Shown piece after piece: positions 18,623 through 27,328 of a stretch of 59,821 bases of DNA. The translations under genes were made by a program, and so were the position numbers. The notes under the pieces are model-generated. The model saw only the letters and a program-made list of their open reading frames with translations, had not been told where the DNA came from and searched no databases. Every line of letters begins with the position of its first letter. Positions within the stretch are counted from its first letter, which is position 1. Source of the DNA: a virus (lineage: Duplodnaviria; Caudoviricetes); the IMG/VR virus record IMGVR_UViG_3300018080_000197, positions 1 through 59,821 of that record. The stretch is one strand, 5' to 3'.

Positions 18623-19648
18623 ATGCCGGAAACCACTAACGCACCAGTAGTTCCCAGACAACACGTAATGACGTGGCAAGAAGCATTGGCCCGATTGAAG
18701 GTCCTGGACGTGGACAAGCTGGGTCACAGAGTCTACGGAGTCCCGCGCGGGGGAATGTGTCTGGCCACGTTGCTGGCTCACGCCACTACCACGCACGTTC
18801 CCAGCCAAGCGGATATCATCCTGGACGATATCATTGACTCCGGACAGACACAGCGCAACTACAGGAACAAGTATCCGCAGGCGCGGTTCGTCGCCATTGT
18901 GGACAAGACCACGGACGGCTACACGTCCAAACACGTCACCCTGCCGGAACTGTGGCGCGCCGCCGCTGCTGGGGGTGAGAGCATCCCCGAGGACCCGCAC
19001 ACGTTTCCGGTGGACAAAGACATGGGCTGGATTACGTTCCCGTGGGAGATAGACGGGAAGGGCGATCCAGAGACGGCGGAAGGGCGGATAGCTGCGCAGG
19101 ATTCCGTGATACGCCTTCTCCAGTTCATGGGGGAGAATCCTCTGAGACAGGGACTGAAGGACACGCCGGACCGCGTGTTACGGATGTATCAGGAGTTGAC
19201 CAGTGGCTACGGAGAGAACCCCACAGCCCATTTGAAGGCGGCGTTTGACTCCGAATGTGATGAAATGGTAGTTGTCCGGGGAATCCGTTTCACGTCCCTG
19301 TGTGAACACCATCTTCTCCCCTTCACGGGGGACGTGGCTATCGGCTACCTCCCAGCCAACGGCCGTGTGGTCGGCCTGTCCAAGCTGGTCCGCGTGGTAG
19401 ACACACTGGCCAAGCGGCTCCAGATTCAGGAGCGGTTGACGGGGGAGATAGCGCAGACCATCATGGGGTTGGCCGGGGGATTGCACCCGTTGGGAGTGGG
19501 AGTGGTGGTCCAGGCGCGGCATTCGTGTATGGGTTGCCGCGGTGTCAAACGTCCGGAATCAGAGGCTGTTACCTCCGCTATGCTGGGGGTTTTCCGCGAA
19601 AAGCCGGAGGTCCGGTCTGAATTCCTGTCTTTGGTGAGGGACAAGTAG
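18623..19648 (+). CDS. folE: phosphoribosyltransferase-like domain fused to GTP cyclohydrolase I
   Basis: N-half GVPRGG, LDDIIDSGQT, WITFPWE; C-half TPDRV, SLCEHHLLPF, GLSKLVR, RLQIQERLT, HSCMGCRG. Confidence 0.92.
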   Translation: MPETTNAPVVPRQHVMTWQEALARLKVLDVDKLGHRVYGVPRGGMCLATLLAHATTTHVPSQADIILDDIIDSGQTQRNYRNKYPQARFVAIVDKTTDGYTSKHVTLPELWRAAAAGGESIPEDPHTFPVDKDMGWITFPWEIDGKGDPETAEGRIAAQDSVIRLLQFMGENPLRQGLKDTPDRVLRMYQELTSGYGENPTAHLKAAFDSECDEMVVVRGIRFTSLCEHHLLPFTGDVAIGYLPANGRVVGLSKLVRVVDTLAKRLQIQERLTGEIAQTIMGLAGGLHPLGVGVVVQARHSCMGCRGVKRPESEAVTSAMLGVFREKPEVRSEFLSLVRDK

Positions 19649-19655
19649 CGCAAAC

Positions 19656-19790
19656 AGGACGGATTACTGTGGAGAAATTCCAACAATCCCTAGATACTTA
19701 TAGACCTGTATTGTTCTGTTTAGTAGTTGTAAAGTTGTCAACAAGACGATACAGTATTGTAGAGGTCTAGGGATTGTTGGAAGAATCCCA
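19656..19790. repeat. AT-rich element A with a perfect 17-bp inverted repeat; inverted homologue at 59075-59212
   Basis: TTCCAACAATCCCTAGA (19678-19694) / TCTAGGGATTGTTGGAA (19766-19782). Confidence 0.85.
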
Positions 19791-19804
19791 GTGGAGGGAG
19801 AATA

Positions 19805-20479
19805 GTGTCAGTCAAGAGGTTGAAACGGAAACGGTGTCCACTCTGTGGGCAGGAATGGGGGATTAGCGCATGGACCCCCAATCCGCATTTGGCGGACGGG
19901 CTGTGGCATTGGTGTAACGCCTGTCTGTTCACATACAAGACGGCCATGCGGGAGAGCAAGGACTCCCTGGAGCGCGCCAAGCTCCGGAGGCAATACAGGA
20001 ACGCCTATCACAGGGCCTACAACAAGGCAGTGGCCGGGAGGGAGAGAAACATCCGGAAGGCCGTCAGAGGGCGGCGCATGGGAAGAAAGGTTCTCCAGGC
20101 AGTCTTGTCCAAGAAACTGACCGTGGAGGTTCTGCGGCGGGAATCCGTGTATGCGGAGTTCATGCGGCTTCTCCCCCAATTGCGGAAGACCCCCACGTGG
20201 ACCCTCTTCGAGGACCAGATTCTGGCCCGTTATGAGAAGGAAGCGGAGGACATGTTGGAACCCAGTCCTACCGAGAAGGTCAGGGTCTATAGGTTCTTGC
20301 CGGAGGAAGTCTACCCGGAGTTGGCATTGGCTACGTTCAATTGCTCCGTGGCCGTGGGGAACAGAATAGCGTCACAGCCCACAAGACCAGCCACGTGGGA
20401 GGATGATGCTAAAGAGTCTCTGGTCAGGCTGTCACAAGCCATAGCGGAGGTGGGATACTATGTCATACCAGAAGCTTAG
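19805..20479 (+). CDS. Zn-finger, basic helical protein
   Basis: CPLC...WCNAC; RBS GGAGGGAG. Confidence 0.65.
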   Translation: MSVKRLKRKRCPLCGQEWGISAWTPNPHLADGLWHWCNACLFTYKTAMRESKDSLERAKLRRQYRNAYHRAYNKAVAGRERNIRKAVRGRRMGRKVLQAVLSKKLTVEVLRRESVYAEFMRLLPQLRKTPTWTLFEDQILARYEKEAEDMLEPSPTEKVRVYRFLPEEVYPELALATFNCSVAVGNRIASQPTRPATWEDDAKESLVRLSQAIAEVGYYVIPEA

Positions 20480-20825
20480 GAAGTTCCGGGTAATGGCCGG
20501 GTTCAACGTGGAGGACGGGATAGTAGGAATCATGTATTCCGGGGACACGTTGGTGGTGGATAGGGCCAGCGGACTGGACCGCGTGGTCAGGGGCTCCGTG
20601 GAGGTAGGCGGACCCGTGAGGTTCCTGGAATTCGGGAAGCGCGTGGCACGCGCATTCATGGAAGACCCGGAGAAGGATATCCGGACGGCCAAGGTCTACG
20701 CCGGGAAGTTCCGGTTGGCCGTGGGAGACGTGACGCTGGACAAGTGGTGTTCAGGTCTCCAGGAACTGTTCAAGGACGGTGTGCAGTTCCACCGCGTAAC
20801 CAAAATGAACCGTCTAATGTGCTAG
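20460..20825 (+). CDS. hypothetical protein
   Basis: RBS GGAGGTGG; 121 aa. Confidence 0.6.
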   Translation: MSYQKLRKFRVMAGFNVEDGIVGIMYSGDTLVVDRASGLDRVVRGSVEVGGPVRFLEFGKRVARAFMEDPEKDIRTAKVYAGKFRLAVGDVTLDKWCSGLQELFKDGVQFHRVTKMNRLMC

Positions 20826-20852
20826 CGGCCGAACTGAACGGAGGTCAACGGA

Positions 20853-21569
20853 ATGAAGTTCTCACGAGCCAATCTTCAGGTAGTGAGAGTGGTTACACGG
20901 AATAAGGCGGACACGGTTCTCCGGCAGGTCCGGATAGACGCGGACGGGACAACCGTTGCTTCTGACGGAAACGCGGTCATGGCCGTGGAACCCGTGAGCG
21001 AGGACACCATCCGTGAGGAATCCGCCCTTCCGGCCTTCGCGTCTGAAACGGACGTTCCGGAGGACGGGGTAGGACTGGTCCCGGAAGTGGTCACGGAAGC
21101 CATACGGAATCTCCCCAAGGGGAACCTGGCCTTGGAACTGGGGTTCGTGGTCCTGACGGACTGTTCGGAGAAGGAGCAGCAGGTAGCTTTGACTACCACG
21201 GACCTGAAGATGAATAAGACCGTGGAAGGCTACATGGCGCGCAAGCGCTTCCCGGAGTGGCGAAGCATCCTGAAGCGGATCAAGCGCCGTTCCACACGCA
21301 AGGTCTGCCTCCACAGGAAGTCGTTGATTCGGTTGTTGAATGCTGTTGACGCGGCTTGCCCGGCCGGGGAGCCATTGGTCTTCCTGGAGTTCTCGGACAC
21401 GCCGGAGACGGACGGCATTCTTCTACGCGCCGTGGCCGTGGAGACGGGGCAGAGAGTCATAGGCTATCTTATGCCTATGGATACGGGAGAGGACTGGTTG
21501 AAGCTGTCCCCGTGGGAGCAGTCCGTGTTTGCCCGCGCTATCAAGCGGTTGAAGGGAGGAAGGGTATGA
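20853..21569 (+). CDS. sliding-clamp (DnaN beta-like) fold protein, two-domain size
   Basis: LRQVRI...TVASDG...MA, RFPEWRSIL and YLMPM resemble beta-clamp domains II-III. Confidence 0.6.
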   Translation: MKFSRANLQVVRVVTRNKADTVLRQVRIDADGTTVASDGNAVMAVEPVSEDTIREESALPAFASETDVPEDGVGLVPEVVTEAIRNLPKGNLALELGFVVLTDCSEKEQQVALTTTDLKMNKTVEGYMARKRFPEWRSILKRIKRRSTRKVCLHRKSLIRLLNAVDAACPAGEPLVFLEFSDTPETDGILLRAVAVETGQRVIGYLMPMDTGEDWLKLSPWEQSVFARAIKRLKGGRV

Positions 21570-21799
21570 AGTTCCCTTTGGAAGATGTTGGACGTGTGTG
21601 TCCTGTATGCGGACACTTCATGGGCAGCCTGCGGGTGACTGTCTGGCGAGGGAAGTCCATGCGTCTGGACAGTTACAGAATCTGTCTCTGCTGTGGGAGG
21701 GGCAGTTTCCAGAAGTGCTACGGGTGTGATAGGTCTACCCGTGGACGGATCAACTACAGGGGACGGGTTCTCCCCTGTTGCCCGGACTGTTTGTTCTGA
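21566..21799 (+). CDS. small Cys-rich Zn-finger protein
   Basis: Four CxxC pairs; ATGA overlap. Confidence 0.6.
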   Translation: MKFPLEDVGRVCPVCGHFMGSLRVTVWRGKSMRLDSYRICLCCGRGSFQKCYGCDRSTRGRINYRGRVLPCCPDCLF

Positions 21800-21829
21800 C
21801 CAAGAGGTTGAAGACTGGAGGTCCGAGGA

Positions 21830-22015
21830 ATGCCATTGTGGTGGAGACGCTTGAAGGTGCGGATACGGCTGTGGTTCCTCCGGAGGAAGTTGCGGAGGTG
21901 TCAACGTGCATTCAACAAGTGGGCGGAGGCGCTGTCTGAGACCACACGCGCGGTCAAGTCCCTGCTGGACTACAGGGATGACCTGCGCGACGAGGGTTAC
22001 AGGGATGACGGATAG
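21830..22015 (+). CDS. hypothetical coiled-coil protein
   Basis: RBS GGAGGT/GAGG; 61 aa. Confidence 0.55.
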   Translation: MPLWWRRLKVRIRLWFLRRKLRRCQRAFNKWAEALSETTRAVKSLLDYRDDLRDEGYRDDG

Positions 22016-22400
22016 GCGGAGAATCACCAAGCGCAGAAAGGCGGAGTCCGAGGACTTGTCCGGTCCCGTCCCTGCGGCCAATAGGGACGCTGGCGCTGGT
22101 GGTGCGCGTGGGTATGACGTGCCATTGGTTCGCCCGGGTTGGACGGATTTTGGAGACCTGTTCAATGAGGACCCGGACCGTGCTATCAAGTGTCAGGGGA
22201 AACCCCATGACCTGGGCGTGCGCGTGTTTACGGGAAGGCGTGCCCCTTACAAGGGGATAGACCTGTGCTTCTACTATCATGGTCCCCTGGACGAAGCCAT
22301 ACGGTGGCTGGCGGAGAACAGGACGGCGTTCCAACGAGTGGGGAAGCGGTTAGAAGAGCTTGAATGTCAGGCGAAGAGACAGAAGGGAGGTCCACCATGA
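22005..22400 (+). CDS. hypothetical protein with N-terminal RRRITKR
   Basis: Overlaps both neighbours in operon fashion. Confidence 0.6.
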   Translation: MTDRRRITKRRKAESEDLSGPVPAANRDAGAGGARGYDVPLVRPGWTDFGDLFNEDPDRAIKCQGKPHDLGVRVFTGRRAPYKGIDLCFYYHGPLDEAIRWLAENRTAFQRVGKRLEELECQAKRQKGGPP

Positions 22401-22633
22401 GTGGAGGTTCAGCTTGTCAATGCACAGAAAGGCAAAAGCCCGTAGGAGAGAGGCAGTGGGTAGTCCGAAGATTGCGTTGTCACTACTCCGCGTTTGCGGG
22501 GTATAGATGCACGTGGTCCGAGTTCTCCGCCGTGCAGTGTCTGGCTTGCGGACGGCTGTGGAGAACCAAGGCCGCTTATGTGGATTTCCTGACGCACCAA
22601 CCGTGGCTTGAAGAGGTAGCGCAGGACTCATAG
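22397..22633 (+). CDS. small Cys-containing hypothetical protein
   Basis: CQC...CLAC; ATGA overlap; RBS GGGAGGT. Confidence 0.65.
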   Translation: MSGGSACQCTERQKPVGERQWVVRRLRCHYSAFAGYRCTWSEFSAVQCLACGRLWRTKAAYVDFLTHQPWLEEVAQDS

Positions 22634-22639
22634 GGGGTC

Positions 22640-22900
22640 TTGTCCGGGAGACAACATGTCTGCTGCGGCTAGGGGAGAACAAGGGAGGCGACCCCGTCAC
22701 CTCCAAAAGCTAGACAAGGACAGTGGTGTTCTCGCTCCACCATGTCCGGACGGTAATGGTCGAAACGAGTTCCGGCTCTTCAGGACATTCCGGCCGGAAC
22801 ACGGTTGCCTCCGGGGAACCGTCAATCGTCCTCCCTCTCCCCAGCTTTCCATAAGGATTGGCGCGCGTGTGAAAGCGGAACGGGGCGGTCCCGTTCCGTG
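22640..22900 (+). ncRNA. candidate structured RNA (unassigned)
   Basis: Four local hairpins plus a long-range stem 22672-22691/22826-22842. Confidence 0.35.
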
Positions 22901-22931
22901 CAGATAGATAGTCATTTGGTTGGAGACTGAC

Positions 22932-23225
22932 ATGTCAGAGACACCCGTAGAAGGGAGCAGCGAAGTGACGTCGTATGCGATCAAGGGAACCTTTGGTCGC
23001 GGGAAGTCTGAGTTGGGGCAAGAAGTTCTGGAGACGTTGGCCGGAACCTTGCAGGCGGAATCCCCCGTGGCGGCGCTGCAAAGCGTGGTCAAGGACATCG
23101 GAGGGGAGAACAACTACAGGAACGTGGGCGTGTTCTGGATGCGCGGCGACCTGTATGTCTTCTCGGCCGTGGCCGTGGAGTGCGAACCCCAGTTGGTGGG
23201 GATAGCCACAATTCAGGAAGTGTGA
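22932..23225 (+). CDS. hypothetical protein
   Basis: RBS GGAG; followed by terminator. Confidence 0.6.
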   Translation: MSETPVEGSSEVTSYAIKGTFGRGKSELGQEVLETLAGTLQAESPVAALQSVVKDIGGENNYRNVGVFWMRGDLYVFSAVAVECEPQLVGIATIQEV

Positions 23226-23240
23226 CCGGGAGAGACGGAA

Positions 23241-23282
23241 CGGGGAGGGTAGGTCTCACGGACCTGCCTTCCCCGCTGTTTT
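23241..23282 (+). terminator. intrinsic terminator
   Basis: 15-bp stem CGGGGAGGGTAGGTC/GACCTGCCTTCCCCG followed by CTGTTTT. Confidence 0.7.
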
Positions 23283-23291
23283 GGGGAGTGG

Positions 23292-23352
23292 CAAAAATTT
23301 CTCTGGAAAAATTGAAAAAGTGGTTGACAAGGGGCAGATAAGGGGCTATATT
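23292..23352 (+). promoter_or_regulatory. strong sigma70-type promoter with A-tract UP region
   Basis: TTGACA (23324-23329), 17-bp spacer, TATATT (23347-23352); upstream A-tracts. Confidence 0.8.
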
Positions 23353-23401
23353 CTATAACATGGTAAGGGACATTCAGACAACCCAAACGGAGACCAAAGG
23401 A

Positions 23402-25767
23402 ATGGCATTCAAGGCATACATCCGGTTTGAAGAGAATGGGGAAGACAGGCTGTTGCGGGTCTTCCCCCGGTCCAAGAAGGTCCACACGTTCAGGACACAA
23501 GACGCCGCACAGAAGGCGCTTGAACGGAAGACTAGCGACTGGAAGCGTCCTATCAAGTGTGGCCACGTGGTTCCGGCCGGGTTCGGCGCTGTTCACACGT
23601 GGGATTGGTCTCGGGTTTTCAATGTTGCTCTTTAGGAGTGTAACTGTGGAGGTCCAGGGGATGCACAAGAAGCGGGACGGATACGGAGTGACGGGATACT
23701 GTGGTGGGATCACAGCCACAGTGGCCGTCTTCGGGGTTAGGGGAGACGCGGACAGGCTCAGACGTGTTCTGCGCAGTCCCCGCGGTGTGGCCGGGACATG
23801 GAACGGTCCTGTGCGCATGGCTACTCTGGCGCGTGCTATCCCGTTCTGCAAGGGATGGTCCGTGGCGCGGATAGTCAAGGCGTGGGATGACCACAAGCTT
23901 CCGACGTGGAGGGGATAGGATGGAGCCCGTAGCTAAAATCAGAACGTGGAAGGATTTGGTAGTGGCGTCTGGCGGGAAGATACTCGGGACGCATGAAGCC
24001 ATGAGCCGCTCCCATTACACGGAAGTGGAAGCCTCAGACGGCTTTAGTTTTACGGTCAGGGATTCCAGCCACGGAAACTGGCGAACGAATGCTACCAGAC
24101 GGGAGACCACGGTCAATATTCGCACAGGGAAATGGGCGTTGCGGCAAATAGCTATCAATCTGGGTTACAACGCGAAGCAGCTCAAAGGATTGAACCTGGA
24201 TACCATTCGTGACATGACGCTTCTGGCGTCCAAGGAAAGAGCTAGTGTCTGATTACCTGAACCAGTATCTGGAGGTTCCGCGCGGGACGGTTCTTCGGGA
24301 GACCCGGAGAGCCGTCCTGATCCAGTGGGAACAGAGTGTGACTGGTTCCAAGAAAACGGCTGTCTGGGTCCCCCGTTCCGTCCTCCGGGAGGTGCGGAAG
24401 GGACCCTTTCCTCCCCAGCGGTTCCTACCCCGCTGGTTTCTACGCAAACGTGGTCTAGGCTGGTTGGTAGGCCAGTCTGAGATTTGATTGGAGGTCCAGG
24501 GAATGATTCTGGTCAAGACACAGGAAGACGCCAAGAGGCTGGAGCAGCTTGTGATACAAGCCGAACTGCTGTTGAAAGGGGCACTGGGAAGGATGACCGT
24601 AGCGGCTGTGGGGAAGGAAGACCTGACGGAATTCCGGCGGGAATGCCGGATAGCCGCTGAAGTCCACGGCGGACTCTGCACGTTGATCCAGGAAGCGGAG
24701 ACAGTGGAGCAAGCACTGTGCGAACCCAAGCAGAGCTAGAAGCGGCATACGAGGTCAGGAACGGCGTCATAGTCACGCCGTGTGCCTACAAAGGGGAACC
24801 GCTGTGGGTCCCCTTCTACTGGGAAGCGGCTATGGAAGGCATGGCCGACGAGGTCCGTGGGGATACATTCATTTTCCACGTGTGTGAAGGGGACCGTTGG
24901 GTCTGGCGAGAACTCCGGGAAAGCACACAGAGACTTCTCCTGAGCCAGAGCGGCGACCACATACACGGCGAGGAAGAAAGGGAGACATAATGAGCAAGCG
25001 ACAGGAAAAGCCGAAGCGACAGACGCAACATGGATTGGCCGCTGTGAACTGGGAGAGGCGGGGCGACCTCTTCGAAGCGGCCGGGAACCGGATGGAAGTC
25101 TATGTGGCGCGGTTGAAGACGCTGGACGGCAGGCCGGCGGGAGTGGTCACGTTGGGGACCATGAAGCCTCCGGAGATACCCGGCATACTGGGGGAGCCGC
25201 TGGGGTTCCGAAACTGGACGCTGGGTCTGTGGGGGAATCCCGGAGAGGACGGACAGCGGGAACTCTACTTCCATATGGGGATCACAGGGGAGGGAAAGGA
25301 CCCGGCGGCGGATGCACAGCGCAACGCCGGACTGGTGGTCATGGGAATAGCGGGTTGGATTGAAGAGGTCTTCAACCAGCCGGTCAAGAAGGGTCTGGAC
25401 GTGTTCATGGCGCAATCGGACGGGGCGTTGAACGGGGAGGACCACAATGGGAAGGCGTGAAGGTCTGGTTCCGTTCGGGACCGAAAGCGTGTTCTACTCC
25501 CCGTGGGAACACAACGGGTGTCTGCGTTTGATAGGTGGTCCTCTGGCGGAGGATCACGGCGGCGGGGAGGTAGTGACCATCCCGGACGTGAAGGTGGTTT
25601 CCGTGCCTCTGGCGTTGATCCTGTGGAAGGACAGGGGGATTGAAGCCGGGGTGTCTCACGTCTACCTCTTGGAGGACCTGCAAATGCGTCCTCTGGTCCT
25701 GACCTACAGGTGGTGGGGGCCGGAGAAGGAATGGTGGAGGAAGAAATGTCCCCTGCAATCAGACTAG
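23402..25767 (+). CDS. run of eight small early hypothetical ORFs (23402-23635, 23661-23918, 23920-24252, 24245-24487, 24503-24739, 24718-24990, 24990-25460, 25447-25767)
   Basis: Head-to-tail packing downstream of the promoter; most have GGAG-type RBS. Confidence 0.6.
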
Positions 25768-26078
25768 GCCAATGGACGGAATCTGCAATCAGTGTCTGGA
25801 CCAAGCAGCTACGTTCCCCGGTCCAGGTAGACGGGAAGGTGGTTGGGGAGGTGGCGCTGTGGAGGTGGCGGGAGGAAGCCTTCAGAACGGATGTTGTGCG
25901 CCGGTCTCAGGACTGGTGGTTCGTCCAGTTCCTGCGGCTGGGAGAGACGTTCTGTTCGGACGTGGCCGTCAATCTGGACGTCCCTGGAGCTTGTTGTGTT
26001 GGAACGGCCCAGGCGGCGGTTCTCCCGTGGCTGAAAACCTTGTTGGCGACAGAAGGGAAGGTGAACAGTGGCGTTTGA
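25746..26078 (+). CDS. hypothetical protein, one copy of the 'DGK..G...WRW' domain
   Basis: Paralogous to the repeats in 26068..27027. Confidence 0.65.
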   Translation: MSPAIRLGQWTESAISVWTKQLRSPVQVDGKVVGEVALWRWREEAFRTDVVRRSQDWWFVQFLRLGETFCSDVAVNLDVPGACCVGTAQAAVLPWLKTLLATEGKVNSGV

Positions 26079-27027
26079 CATAGGCAGGTGGTTTCCCACT
26101 CAGGAGCAATTCACGGACTCATGGCAAGTCAACTTCGGCTTGGACGGGAAGTGCATAGGACACCTCCGGGTGTGGCGGTGGAACAGCGCCGGGAGACAGC
26201 GCACAGGATGCAAGGAAGTTGTGTGGCACGTCCAGGTCATCCCACCGGGAGGGTTCTACACGGCGTGTGAATCGCACGTCTTGAAAGCTTCTGCCCTTGG
26301 GGATGGTGTGGAGGGAGCGGGGGAGGCACAGCGTGAGGCGCTGGAGTGGTTCGGCAGACACTCTATGAAGCGGATACGGGATATGATGGTTCGAGACGTG
26401 GAAGTGGTGGACTGGAAGCTGGCGGATTCCGTGGACGACTCCGGAGTGTTCGAGACATGGAAGGCGCGGGTCCTGCTGGACCACAAACTGTTGGGAGAAC
26501 TCCAGGTCTGGAGGTGGGGTCTGTCCGGGAAGGTCCGGCCGGACAGCCTGAAGGCTCCGTTCTGGCGGACACAGTTCATTCCGTATGGGGCGGTCTTCAG
26601 CCCGGAAGGCAGTTTCGCTCTGCAAGTGGCGGAGGTTCTTCCCCCGGAAGCGGCCATTCAAGGGGCGCTGGACTGGTTGGAGGCGGATAAGGGTTGGCGG
26701 TGCGGCAGGGGGTCGGGATTAGCGTGTTACTCGGTAGGTCCGCGGTGGGATGACACGCACGTGGAGTTCCCGTTGACCAGACCCAAGGACCGGGTAGTCC
26801 GTCACGGCGTGGAACTCCTGCGGAACGACGCGCACTACGGAAACGTTTACGTCTGGCGCTTCGGTCCCGAGAACCGGGAGGATGACTCCTGGAGGTGGTG
26901 CGTGGAATGGGAAGGCCGGAGAGCGTCCGGAAACTGCGGATGCACGGACCCGGAAGAGGCGCTTTTGTTCGCCGTGAAGCTGGCGGAAGAGAACGTGGAG
27001 TGGCTGAACAGGACGCCCGGACTCTGA
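26068..27027 (+). CDS. hypothetical protein with three 'G.L.VWR[WF]' domain repeats
   Basis: Internal repeats visible in the translation. Confidence 0.7.
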   Translation: MAFDIGRWFPTQEQFTDSWQVNFGLDGKCIGHLRVWRWNSAGRQRTGCKEVVWHVQVIPPGGFYTACESHVLKASALGDGVEGAGEAQREALEWFGRHSMKRIRDMMVRDVEVVDWKLADSVDDSGVFETWKARVLLDHKLLGELQVWRWGLSGKVRPDSLKAPFWRTQFIPYGAVFSPEGSFALQVAEVLPPEAAIQGALDWLEADKGWRCGRGSGLACYSVGPRWDDTHVEFPLTRPKDRVVRHGVELLRNDAHYGNVYVWRFGPENREDDSWRWCVEWEGRRASGNCGCTDPEEALLFAVKLAEENVEWLNRTPGL

Positions 27028-27061
27028 CGGCGTGTAGGAACGAAGTTCACAGAAGACGGTC

Positions 27062-27098
27062 AGGGGACTGGAGTTGGGAGGACTCCGGTCCCCTTTTT
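27062..27098 (+). terminator. intrinsic terminator ending the early block
   Basis: AGGGGACTGGAGT / ACTCCGGTCCCCT followed by TTTT. Confidence 0.8.
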
Positions 27099-27328
27099 CA
27101 TGGGGTTGCTATGGGGTTCTTCAGATATTGTAAAGGTAGGTCCGGAAGGTTGGAAGGGGTCAGACGGTCATAGAGGGTATGTTATGGTGGGTTTTGAGGG
27201 TGTGGGGAGGGGGTGAAAGACACGACCTCTCCTGTCTGCTTTTCCCCTTGACCGGGGGAGATTCGCCTACCAAGATTGAATATGCGGAAGGGACGTGACA
27301 ACATAGCAACCGGAAACCAACCAACAGC

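Noticed and set aside
19678-19782. Protelomerase site or transposon ends
   Set aside because: Arms separated by 71 bp rather than a continuous palindrome; no protelomerase, transposase or recombinase recognised
22745-22775. Hammerhead ribozyme suggested by CGAAAC
   Set aside because: No CTGANGA core found nearby
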